Shown here: positions 41,846 through 54,045 of the stretch, in pieces
Numbering within the stretch: the stretch's first letter is position 1
Layout of the letters: every line of letters starts with the position of its first letter
Source of the DNA: Octopus vulgaris
Taxonomy: Eukaryota
Direction: 5' to 3'
DNA length: 64,000 nt
Assembly (NCBI GenBank): GCA_951406725.2
Contig: OX597814.1
Location: forward strand, 197,718,001 to 197,782,000
The notes under the pieces: generated by a model
Database searches by the model: none
Told to the model about the DNA's origin: nothing
Seen by the model: the letters and a program-made list of their open reading frames with translations, nothing else
Program-made: the position numbers and the translations under genes

Positions 41846-42660
41846 TCACGCTAATCTTGCCTGAGAATTACATTAAAGGTACACGTGTCTCTGGAATACT
41901 CAGCCACTTACACGTTATCTCAGGAGCACGTAACTCAGTATCATGCTAATCTTGCCTGAGAATTACATTAAAGGTACACGTGTCTCTAGAATACTCAGCC
42001 ACTTACACGTTATCTCAGGAGCACGTAACTCAGTATCATGCTAATCTTGCCGGTGAATTACATTAAAGGTACACGTGTCTCTGGAATACTCAGCCACTTA
42101 CACGTGATCTCAGGAGCACGTAACTCAGTATCATGCTAATCTTGCCTGTGAATTACATTAAAGGTACACGTGTCTCTGGAATACTCAGCCACTTACACGT
42201 TATCTCAGGAGCACGTAACTCAGTATCATACTAATCATACTAAACCAAAGGCGGCGAGCTGGCAGAAACGTTAGCACGCCGGGCGAAATGCTAAGCCGTA
42301 TTTCGTCTGCCGCTACGTTCTGAGTTCAAATTCCGCCGAGATCGACTTTGCCTTTCATCCTTTCGGGGTCGATTAAATAAGTACCAGTTACGCACTTGGG
42401 GTCGATATAATTGACTTAATCTGTTTGTCTGTCCTTGTTTGTCCTCTCTGTGTTTAGCCCCTTGTAGGTAGTAAAGAATTAAGTATCATAGTAATCTTGC
42501 CTGTGAATTACATTAAAGGAATACTCAGTCTCTGGAATACTCAGCCACTTACACGTTATCTCAGGAGCACGTAACTCAGTATCATGCTAATCTTGCCTGT
42601 GAATTACATTAAAGGTACACGTGTCTCTGGAATACTCAGTCACTTACACGTTATCTCAGG
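41846..42660 (+). repeat. 95 bp tandem repeat (about 6 units) derived from a SINE body, interrupted by SINE A (42249-42480)
   Basis: Unit starts at 41846, 41941, 42036, 42131 and 42226; the unit matches the reverse complement of ~8810-8880. Confidence 0.9.
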
Positions 42661-43077
42661 AGAGGAGCGCGTAACACAGTTAATCGAACAACCGAATCCT
42701 CGTCGTCGAACGACGAAGATCCACCAGCACGTGCAGTTATATATATTTTTTTTTTTATTTCACAGAGCTTACTTCGCATTATGATTTAAGCTGTGGGCAG
42801 TCTTTTATCAATTTTTTCGAAATGTTTAAACTTTGAATATCTCATATCAATTTCCTCGACGTTTTTACTTCATTTTTTTTTTTTTTATTCCCTCGATTAA
42901 AATAAATATTTTTTTTTTAGCAAGAAAGCCACAAATAACACTTGAAAGTAACTGCCAAGATTTTATTTTCCATCTAAGTGATGTTTTTGATATTGGTCTG
43001 TTCGAGCAACTGCACATGTCTCTCATTCATCATCACAAGCAGTTCTACATGTGAAATGTGTATTTTTTTTATTTTTT

Positions 43078-44517
43078 TATTCTTTTACTTGTTTCAGTCA
43101 TTTGACTGCGGCCATGCTGGAGCACCGCCATTAGTCGAACAGATCGGCCCCAGGACTTACACTTTGTAAGCCTAGCACTTATTTTATTTGTCTGCTTGCT
43201 GAACCGCAAAGTTACGGGGACGTAACCACACTCACGTCGGTTGGCAAACACATATATATTCTTTTATTCTTTTACTTGTTTCAGTCATTTGACTGCGGCC
43301 ATGCTGGAGCACCGCCATTAGTCGAACAGATTGGCCCCAGGACTTGCACTTTGTAAGCCTAGCACTTATTTTATTTGTCTGCTTGCTGAACCGCAAAGTT
43401 ACGGGGACGTAAGCAGACTCACGTCGGTTGGCAAACACATATATATTCTTTTATTCTTTTACTTGTTTCACTAATTTGACCGCGGCCATGCTGGAGCATC
43501 GCCTTTAGTCGAACAGATCGTCCCCACGACTTATTCTTTGTAAGCCTAGCACTTATTCTATCGGTCTCTATTGCCAAACCGCTATGTTACGGGGACGTGA
43601 CCAAACCCACATCGGTTGTCAAGCGATGGTGGAGGGATAAACACAGAAACACAAGCATATATATTCTTTTATTTGTTTCAGTCATTTGACTGCGGCCATG
43701 CTGAAGCACCGCCTTTAGTCGAACAGATCGGCCCCACGACTTACACTTTGTAAGCCTAGCACTTATTCTATCGGTCTCTATTGCTGAACCGCTAAGTTAC
43801 GGGGACGTAACCACACGACCATCGGTTGTCAAGCGATGTTGGGGGGGACAAACACAGACACACAAGCATACACACACACGCATATACTCTTTTATTCTTT
43901 TACTTGTTTCAGTCATTTGACTACGGCCATGCTGGAGTATCGCCTTTAGTCGAACAAATCGTCCCCAGCACTAATTTTGCCGAACCGCTAAGTTACGGGG
44001 ACGTAACCACACCCACATCGGTTGTCAAGCGATGGTGGAGGGATAAACACAGAAACACAAGCATATATATTCTTTTATTTGTTTCAGTCCTTTGACTGCG
44101 GCCATGCTGGAGCACCGCCTTTAGTCGAACAAATCGGCCCCAGAACTTATTCTTTGTAAGCCTAGCACTTATTCTATCGGTCTCTATTGCCGAACTGCTA
44201 AGTTACGGGGACGTAACCACACTCACGTCGGTTGTCAAGCGATGGTTGGAGGAACAAACAAACACACAAGCATATACACACACATATATATTCTTTTATT
44301 CCTTAACCTGTTTCAGTCATTTGACTGCGGCCATGCTGGAGCACCGCCTTTAGTCGAACAAATCAACCCCAGGACTTATTCTTGTAAGCTTAACACTTGT
44401 TATATCGGTCTCTTTTGCCGAACCGTTTGTTACAGGGACGTAACCAAACCAGCATCTGTTGTCAAGGGATGTTGGTGGGGTGGGGACAAACACAGACACA
44501 CAAACATATACACACGC

Positions 44518-44565
<48 letters not shown>

Positions 44566-44722
44566 GATGGGCTTCTTTCAGTTTCCGTGTACCACATCCA
44601 CTCACAAGGCTTTAGTCGGCCCAAGCCTATAGCAGAAAACACTTGCCCAAGGTGCCACGCTGTGAGACTGAACCCGCAACTATGCGGTTGGCAAGCAAGC
44701 TATTTACCACACAGCCACTCCT
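43078..44722 (-). repeat. Tandem array of about 7 SINE B 3' halves behind one SINE B head
   Basis: CTTGTTTCAGTCATTTGACTGCGGCCATGCTGG-type units start near 43082, 43269, 43456, 43665, 43897, 44071 and 44300; the head lies at 44570-44722. Confidence 0.9.
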
Positions 44723-44969
44723 GTATACCCAATATTAAATGTTACTCAGAGTATACATTATTCGTGGTGATGGTCATGGTGGTAGAGGTGACGGTGATGG
44801 TGCTGTAAGTTAGTAAAGATTGTTTCTTTTTTTTTACTATCGATGTGTATTTAACGTAGCAAAGATGTAGAGTTTTAAACGTTATGGTCATAATTTTTTT
44901 GCTTCTTTTTTCCTCACTTTCTCTGCAGCTACTACCACTACTACTCCTACTCCTACTACCATTACTTCC

Positions 44970-45025
<56 letters not shown>

Positions 45026-45080
45026 TAGTAGTGGTGGTAGTAGTAGTGGTAGTGGTGGTAGTAGTAGTGTAGTTGTGGTG

Positions 45081-45175
<95 letters not shown>

Positions 45176-45280
45176 GGTGGTAGTAGTAGTAGTAGTGGCG
45201 GTGGTAGTAGTAGTGGTGGTGGTGGTAGTAGTAGTGGTGGTGGTGCTGGTAGTAGTAGTGGTGGTGGTGGTGGTGGTAGT
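44970..45280. repeat. (GTA)n/(GTG)n trinucleotide repeat
   Basis: Seen directly; it explains the poly-Val pseudo-ORFs. Confidence 0.95.
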
Positions 45281-45394
45281 AAAGGTTGCTCTATTGGGAG
45301 AATCGTTTAAGCACTGGACAAAATGCCTTGAGGTATTGGTTCTGGCCCTTTACGCTCTGAGTTTAGATTCCGCCTATTATCATTATTATTATTA

Positions 45395-45436
<42 letters not shown>

Positions 45437-46369
45437 GAGACTGACTCTGCATTTCAGCCAGTCGGATTCGATAAAATAAGTACCAGTTGAGCACTTGAGT
45501 CGATTTAATTGACTTATCCACTATCCTGAAACTGCTGGCGTTGTGCCTAAATTTGAAGCCATCATTGTTATTGTTATTATTAAATCTCCCTCTTTTATTC
45601 CTCCCTCCTCGGTGTTTATATTTATCATTTTTTTATGCTAGGCTTTCATTCTCATTTCAAAATCTGATGCATTTTTAAACATACTCTATTTATCCACGAA
45701 ACAAAATCAAGTTATTCAGAGAGAACTCACAAAATAAGCTTCAGTAAATATTCCAACTGCTTTTGGTGCGTATATATTTGTATACACACACACACACGCG
45801 CACACAAACGTACTGAAACTATAACGGCCTCTATTCGTGTGTGTACGTATCCATATACAACAGTTAACATAGAAAGTGTTATCCAATTCCATTTTCGAAA
45901 AGCAGTTCCATGTTTGTCTTTTTCAATCAGGACACTTGTTTTAAATAATCTCTTGTCGTCCTATAAAACACACTGATGTGAATTAATTGCTTTTCTTGTG
46001 GAATTTATTGACCCAAACATCAAACGCAAAGAAGAAATACATTATGCACAATCTAAATGTAAGGCTATCATTCTCTCTAATTTTGTTCGTTTTTAGTATT
46101 TAAAACACGAAACTACTTTATGGAAATGGTGCATTAAGAAACAAACATTTTCGCTGATTTATTCTTGCCTCGAGCAACAAAAAGCACTAAAAATCTTTGA
46201 GCTTATTTCCTATTACTCTAAAATGAATTTCTATCGGGCTTTCGAGAAAATGTTATCACAATTATTTTCCTAAAGAATTCGTTGCTTATTTTTAATTCAT
46301 CTATTACGGATCATTTTCCGCGAAAGAAGTGTAGATTTTGCAAATGCATAAATTAGTAGTTTATTTAAT

Positions 46370-46429
<60 letters not shown>

Positions 46430-46561
46430 AAATTATAAAAGGAAAATACGCACACTTACATAGTTTTAATATATCGACCGGTTTCGCTATCGCTATTCAT
46501 GATATTATGTTTTACTTATTTGAATATATATATATTTTTTAAGAAGAAATTTGGTGCATGT

Positions 46562-46598
<37 letters not shown>

Positions 46599-46683
46599 AT
46601 GTGCGCCATGATTTAAATGTAAAATAAGGATTTCTTTTACAGCAAAGATTCTTCTAATTTCAAAGAAATACTAAGTAAATATA

Positions 46684-47432
46684 CAGGGTGGGGCAGAGAG
46701 AACAGGCTTTTTTGAAAAATTCACAAAATCGTTAATTTTAGCTGTAAACAAATTTTATTGACATCAATATGCTTGTATTGAATTAGCATTTGTCAAAATT
46801 AAGTGTGGAAAACATCCATCATGTAATTCCGTTTTCATTGATGCATTTGTGAAGATGTTCTTGGAAGTTGGCTTCCAGTCTCTCCGGGATCGCCCACTGC
46901 ATAGTTCCATGGTTCCATTTGTTGCCCTATGACCAATTTGTACGGGTGGAAATGCAGGTCTTCATACAAAATATCCCATACTGATCGATTACCGATGCCA
47001 AGTTCAGTGTAAAGCCTCCTAGCAGAGCGATTCGGAATCCGTATCAAAGCTTCTCTGACGTGTTGCACATTTTCTGAGGTCCGTGCCGTTCGAGGCGCCC
47101 CCACCAGTTTTCTATTCATTAGTGTAGCTCGTGTACGAAATGCATTCACCCAACGTAAGATTGTGTTACGGATGAGAACAGCCTGATTTCGGTGAATGTC
47201 GAAGTGGCGCCGAAACTCACGCTGGACTGCTGTGACGGATTCGTTATTCTTCACGTAACTGTCGTAGGCAAACACGTGATGCTCTATCGTTCAGAGCCAT
47301 GGCTTCACCTGAAAAGAAACAAATAATGCTAAGACAACACGGACCGAATGGTACCTGTCGGACATATGTCTTCCCCCCTTGGGGCTGAATAACAGGCATT
47401 TCAAAAACGTCAGTCCCCCTTGCCCCATCCCG
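46684..47432 (-). mobile_element. Internally deleted Tc1/mariner-superfamily element (DUF4817-type N-terminal HTH, rosa/maT-like)
   Basis: ORF 46835-47275 reads ESVTAVQREFRRHF...RNTILRWV...PRTARTSENV...SARR...DLHFHPYK; degenerate TIRs CAGGGTGGGGCA and TGCCCCATCCCG. Confidence 0.8.
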
Positions 47433-47459
47433 CAAGTCAAATCCAAATGGAACACACTT

Positions 47460-47671
47460 TTTATATTTTATTTGCTTTAGTCCCTAGGCTGCAGCCATGC
47501 TGGAGCACCACCTTTAGGAATTTTTAGTCAAATGAAACGTCGCGTTTTTATATCTGGTTCTTATTCTATCGGTCTTTTTTGATGAACCGCTAAGTTACCT
47601 CGACGTAAACATGCCAACACCGGTTGTCAAACAGTGGTGGGGAACAAACACACACACACACACATACATAC

Positions 47672-47706
<35 letters not shown>

Positions 47707-47885
47707 CTTTTATTCTTTTATATGTTTCAGTCCAATGACTGTGGCCATGCAGGAGTACCGCCATTAAATGTGTGACGCTTACAGCACCTAGGTTTCCCAA
47801 GCGTTCTCCCATCTAAGTACTAACTAGGCTCGACGTTGCTTAACTTCGGTGATCGGACGAGAACCGGTGCTTTCAACGCAATATG

Positions 47886-47955
<70 letters not shown>

Positions 47956-48125
47956 TACATACACACACGCCGGGTTTATTTCAGTTTCCGTCTACCAAAT
48001 CCACTCACAAAGCTTTAGCTGGCCTGTGATTATAGTAGAAGATACTTGCCCAAGCTGTCGCGGTGTATGATTGAACCCGAAACCCTGTGGTTGAGAAGCA
48101 AGCTTCTTACAACAAAGCCACGCCA
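47460..48125 (-). mobile_element. SINE B hosting the 5S-derived insert in its internal microsatellite
   Basis: B head at 47965-48125; B 3' body and tail at 47460-47670. Confidence 0.85.
47777..47888 (-). pseudogene. 5S rRNA copy (5' ~6 nt missing, no poly-T terminator), fused to a retroposon tail
   Basis: Minus strand reads GGCCATATTGCGTTGAAAGCACCGGTTCTCGTCCGATCACCGAAGTTAAGCAACGTCGAGCCTAGTTAGTACTTAGATGGGAGAACGCTTGGGAAACCTAGGTGCTGTAAGC, which is metazoan 5S rRNA. Confidence 0.93.
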
Positions 48126-49566
48126 GTTATTTATCAGATCAGTTAGGATTTTGGTGGAAAATTGTAAATTCCCGATATCCAAAGAAATGTAAGAAAGCAG
48201 TGAATACGAATTGAATTCTCTTCATTTCTAACGGGATTTTATGTAGAGCTGTGGTTCTATTGAAACAGTGGAATCGTAGATTCACATATACCAGCATTGC
48301 AAACTTCCTTCTCATTATCCTACCATTATGATGATCTCAAATGAATTGAAAAAAAAAAGATACAGATTTAATTAAGAATAAGAGTTTTAATATATAAAGA
48401 ATATTATTTATAATTGAATATGCATTAAGCCTACAATATTCCAAACAAATATCTTAAAATACTTTTAGAATATTTTCATATGAAATAAAGCATCACAATG
48501 GAATGAATGAGTTGTGTCTGCAAACAATAGAAACAGTGGGAAAATACAGGAAGCAGTTTATTCATTGTTTTGCGTTTGTTTTGGATAGGGGTGTTTTTTT
48601 GTTGTTGTTTTTTTCTTTTTCCAATAATATCTAGAAAATTGTTTATGTTATTATATGAGTTCTTTCTTCGAAATCATCCGGCTCTATTATACTTCTATAA
48701 GATAATTCTTTTTCAATCCCTTCCAAAGTTGTCTCAAAATATCTAGATTATTTTCTTATCTTATTCCCAAACCAGAGTTTGTAATTCAGATATATTCTTA
48801 TCCTTTAATACACTGTTTGAGAAATGAAATGTCTCTAGAATAATGTTATTTGGCAACCTCAAAATTTACTAGTTTACTTAATAGATTTTCTGTAACTGTC
48901 ACTGAGGAATGTGAATGTTACCAAAGCACTGTACTCTAGAAAACGTAAAGAAGGCATAAACATAAGACCATAACAATTTTTTTCTTTGATAATTAAGAAT
49001 GGTTCACCATAATCTTTCTCGGCTGCTAATCCATGCAACAGATCAAGGTCTCAAGAACGTTAATCAAGAAAACTTGCTTAAAACACATTTTCAGCGATCT
49101 GGAGTTGAAATAATAATTCGAAAAAGAAAAGAAGAGTGGGGGGAAAAAAACTGAAAATATTGTAAGGCCATAGCGTGCGAAAGAACATTCGATTCTAAAG
49201 TGATTATTTACGGAATAACATTGATCCACTTTGACAGGTGCAGAAGAAAAAGCTATTATATTTATATCAAACAAAACGAAGAAAGTATTTTTATTTCAAA
49301 ATGCCTGACGTAAATCAATTCATATTTACTTTCTCTATTTATCATGACGACTGTTAAAATGGAGATAAAGCGTTGTAAAGCAGCCATATTAGTAATATCA
49401 ACGATACTTCGAAAAATACTTACAGTGTGATCAGTCATATTATAAGTAGCAGCGGTCTTATTTCTAAGCTCTTCGGAGAACAAGAAACACAACTAGATTC
49501 AGCTTGAAATGAATGAAAAAGCACTTTAAGAGGGTAGTCGTTTACGAAATCAAGTTTTAGATGAGG

Positions 49567-49605
<39 letters not shown>

Positions 49606-49699
49606 GATGAAGATCTTAATATCAACAACTAAAAGGGGCGTTCACTGACGAAAAGGAAAATTCAGGTACATCAATGAGAGATAAATACATAGATATTAC

Positions 49700-49724
49700 G
49701 TAGATAGATAGATAGATGGGTGGG

Positions 49725-49757
<33 letters not shown>

Positions 49758-49778
49758 GTAATTAGATAGATAGGTACG

Positions 49779-49861
<83 letters not shown>

Positions 49862-49990
49862 GTAGGTAGGTAGGTACGTACGTACGTACGTACGTACGTA
49901 CGTAGATAGATAGGTAGGTACGTAGATAGATAGGTAGATAGATAGATAGATAGATAGGTAGGTAGGTAGGTAGATAGAGAGATAGGTACG

Positions 49991-50047
<57 letters not shown>
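49700..50047. repeat. (GATA)n/(GGTA)n/(CGTA)n microsatellite
   Basis: Seen directly. Confidence 0.95.
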
Positions 50048-50048
<1 letters not shown>

Positions 50049-50307
50049 TGTTTCTTTATTAGCCACGCAAGGCTGAACACAGGCGGGACAGATTACAAAG
50101 TAGAGCTTTTCTTTTTGGAGAGAAAAAAAATGTGGGGTAAGTCATTGATCAAAAGGGATCGTAAAAAGGAAAGAGAAAAAAACGATCAATAGGGATCGTG
50201 TATCACAGAAAAGTCATGATGTAAAGTGTAAAGGGAGGAAACAGATAAGGTTTTTCCGTGGAAAGAAAAGCCTACGGAAAAGACCACGGTAACCTCGGCC
50301 AATAATG
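50048..50307 (-). mobile_element. Second copy of the (GATA)n-associated ~265 bp element
   Basis: Matches 11725-11994 end to end. Confidence 0.8.
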
Positions 50308-50749
50308 TCACATGTTAACACAGATGGGTAGACAGATAAGTATGTGTGTGTGTGTGTGTAATGGTAGATTCTCGTAATCCGAGAAAGACGCTTCTGCAGT
50401 TTCTTGCTGGACAACCCGCGCAGATTATTTGTTTCATTAGCTCACTCTCTCCATCAAATCGACGTTGGTTAAACAGGTGCACAGTGTGCCACACGACGGG
50501 GGTCGAAGCGATCGCAGAGCAACGTGAGATAAAGTGTTTTGCTAATGAACACAACACACCGCCCAATCGGGAAATCGAACCCGTGATTTGGCAATCGTGA
50601 GCAAAACAGCCTTACCAGTAGGCCACGTGCCTCATATATATATATACGTGTGTGTGTGTGTGTGTGTGTGTATTTTTATCTCAAAATGTAACCACATGTG
50701 AATCGTTAGCTATTTTTCCCCCGTCTTCCTTTTCTATTGGATATTCCTC

Positions 50750-50786
50750 TGTTTCTGAAGAAGAGCTTTGATCGAAACGTAAAACA
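50750..50786 (+). ncRNA. Minimal type I hammerhead motif (Penelope-type)
   Basis: UGUUU-CUGAAGA-A-GAGC-UUU-GAUC-GAAAC-GUA-AAACA; stem II has one mismatch and stem III is the palindrome ACGU. Confidence 0.65.
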
Positions 50787-50992
50787 ACCTTTCTTTCCTT
50801 CCCTGAGCGTATGGTGATACTTTGCATATACCAAGTCCTCGCGTTCTTTTTTTTGTGTTTTTTGTGTTTGTTCTTCGTTTTTTTTGGATTTACTATTATA
50901 TATATCTGTCCGAAGTCAGACGCCATGATAGATCGTTAGCTACTACACACATTTTTTCACCTCTTGTTTCTCTCCTGGTTTTTTTCTGTGTA

Positions 50993-51030
50993 TCTTTCTG
51001 TAGAAGAGCGTAGGCTCGAAATGTAAAAGA
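50993..51030 (+). ncRNA. Second minimal hammerhead motif (core variant CUGUAGA)
   Basis: UCUUU-CUGUAGA-A-GAGC-GUAG-GCUC-GAAAU-GUA-AAAGA; perfect stems I and II, with core substitutions. Confidence 0.55.
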
Positions 51031-51121
51031 CTTTTTCTATTCCAGAGCGCTATACTAATACATCTGTTTGTTTGTACACCACCTGCCTTCGTCTTTTGTT
51101 TATTTTCGTACACTTTCCCTT

Positions 51122-51187
<66 letters not shown>

Positions 51188-53091
51188 CATATATATATGT
51201 GTGTGTGTGTGTGTGTATATATATATGTGTGTGTGTGTATACACACACATATATATATACACAAATATATATATGCACGTATATATACATATATATGCAC
51301 ACACATGTATATACATACACACACACACACACACATATACTTGTTTTGTTATGTGAAATTATATTTAAAACCAATACTTTTCAGGAAAGCACTTCTTTAA
51401 CCTTTACATGGAAAATGTTAACAGTAACTTCGAAGTGTCGGCTTCCTTGCCGCCATCACACTGTTTGTTAATAGTAAGCCTAAACTTCGAAGTGACAGTC
51501 GAATATATTTTCTAATGAATATATGAGAAAGAGGGGAAGAGAGAGAGAAAGAGAGAAAGGGAGTTAGAGTGACAGTATATGAAAAGAGAAAAACACGGGT
51601 GAGGGCGATAGACGAGCATTCATAGATGAAATTTGTGTGCGCGCATGCGTGCGTGCGTGTGTGCTTATGCATATTCCATATTGATTTCTCTCTACATTTT
51701 TCTTTTTTTCGCAACTTGAATTACAACTTGTGCTCCTCCTTCTACTCCTCCTACTTCTCCTCCTTATATATATAATCGTTATTATATTGAATCGAACGTA
51801 GGAAGAAAGTAGGGCAAAATGATTGACATTTCTCCATTCGATCCCACGTCGATTGAATATTCGTTACAAATATCACGACAAAACCTAACTAAAGCATTTT
51901 TTTTTTTTCCTATTCAATTTATTTTTTTGCTCCTCTACATTTAGTCTTTTCTCTAAATATATCGACTTGTTTAGAGAATAAAATAAAGCAACGCAGCGAT
52001 TCTAAATTTATCAAAAATGGCGGTACCTACGTTGTATTATTAAGAATACTTTTCCTATGAGATGAATTCCGTGAATTTTCTTGTTAAACAACCGAGACCT
52101 TTTTGGATGTCACCAACAGAATTCATAAAATTAGCTCCATTAACTATAATTGTTCAGCATAGATGGCTGGCAACAATATATATTTAGTTGCAGTTTAGTT
52201 ACTTTGATAACTTAAGACTTTAGTGACATCATGACTTCTAATGTCGAAGTATCACTTCCATTTATTTTTGGTTTCTAAATTTTGGGTTTTTTTCTTATTT
52301 TTGATATGTAAAGAAAGATTCGTTCTTATTTTTTTCGTCAAATGACGCTCAATTTGAAAACAAAGTGACAAAGCTTTAGAGAAAAGATATTTCAGGAATT
52401 GCAGAAGAAAGAAATTATTAACATGTATTGAAATATAAGATGATTCTGGAATGCACATGCGCACTCACACACACACACACACACACATGCACGAATAAAC
52501 AAACACAGGCACACACATATATATATATGTGTATGTGTGTGTGTGTATACAGATATATAGATAGATAGGTAGCTAGGTAGGTACGTACGTAGATAGATAG
52601 GGAGTGTGGAGTGAGGTAGGTAGATAGATAGGTAGATAATTATGTGTGTATATATATATATATATCGTGGCTATTATGCAAAAGTGTCGTAAATCCAAAA
52701 CGAAAAAATAGTTTCACCATTCCATAGCAAAACCGTTGTACAAATTTTTGATATCTTGGCATCTGAACTAGTTGGAGATACGATAGTTTGACCAAAAGAA
52801 CCGGCTATTGCAAGCAAAAATAAATATTGAAAAAGACACATTTGGACATACGACAGCTTAACATAATATCAACGCTATATATATAAATATATATAATATA
52901 TATATATGTATGTATATGTATGTATATATATGTATATATGTATGTATATATGTATGTGTATGTATGTGTGTGTGTATGTATATGGAGAATGAAGTGGGGG
53001 TGTCCCAGCAATTAAAGTAGCCTCAGTACATCATGTCATTTGTCTAATTATTTAATTGACCGTTGGTTTATTCTTTGTTAATTATAAAGTA

Positions 53092-53651
53092 TTGGGTTGT
53101 CCGGAAAGTTTGTGCCGATTTGTAGTAGCTTACCTTTCGACTTATTTTAGAACATGGTTGAGTCCATAAAATAGGATTTGACTACACCTTCATTTAGAGC
53201 ACAGTTTAAGCTATCTTTTCGTGGAAGAAGATTTATGTTCCTATAACCTGTGTTAATTCTGTAACCCTTTAAAGATAAAAAAGTTCATTTTCGGCACTTG
53301 ATGCTTTGGGAACCAGACAAAAATTGCTGCAGCTCGGCTGGGATGTGTTACCCCACTCTCCATATTCAACAGATATTGCTCCTTCGGATTTCAACTTATT
53401 CAGATCTCTGCAGAATAGTCTTAATGGTAAAAATTTCAATTCCTTGGATGACGTAAAAAGATATCTTGATGAATTCTTTGCCATGAAACCACCTCAATTC
53501 TAGGAAGAGGGTATTTTCAAGTTAAAGGAAAGATGGAGACGCATTGTGCAACAAAATGGTTCATATTTGGTTGATTAAAAATGTGATGGCAAGTATTTAT
53601 TGACCTCTTTCTTTCCTTTAAAAATCGGCACGAACTTTCTGGACAACCCAA
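53092..53651 (+). mobile_element. Internally deleted mariner element with TIRs and TA TSD
   Basis: TA-TTGGGTTGTCCGGAAAGTTTGTGCCGATTT ... AAATCGGCACGAACTTTCTGGACAACCCAA-TA; internal LPHSPYSTDIAPSDFNLFRSLQ is the YSPDLAPSD motif. Confidence 0.92.
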
Positions 53652-54045
53652 TATAATATCGTTGCATTTCCTACAAACCTAATAATTATCACGTATCTAA
53701 TCGCAAACCAACGGTCTACAGGCAAGGGTTATATAAGGGAAAAAAGCAGCAGATACTTCTGTAGCAGTCAGGTACTTACGATTAAATTTTTCTACACGTT
53801 TTCAAAGATTTGTGTCTGACAGAAAATTCAAAATTAAATTACGCAGATTCTCAGATTCGAGTAGGTTTAAATAATATCGATTATCTATTTTTAAAATTAT
53901 TTTATATAAAGTTTTTTTTCTTAATTTGATTATGAATCTGATGTGTACTTTCCTTTAAATAAAAATCTGGAAAATTTATTTAAAATTCGATTTGTGTTGC
54001 ACATGGTGTTTGTAATTAGCTGATTCTCATTTTTTTTTTATTTCT

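Noticed and set aside
41846-42660. Regularly spaced repeats reminiscent of a CRISPR array
   Set aside because: Units are contiguous 95 bp duplicates without unique spacers, there are no cas genes, and the context is eukaryotic.
44884-45479. Poly-valine/poly-tyrosine ORFs resembling membrane proteins
   Set aside because: They derive from (GTA/GTG)n and (TAT)n repeats plus a SINE remnant.
47777-47888. Functional 5S rRNA gene
   Set aside because: It lacks the first ~6 nt and the oligo-T terminator, is a single copy, and is embedded in a SINE.
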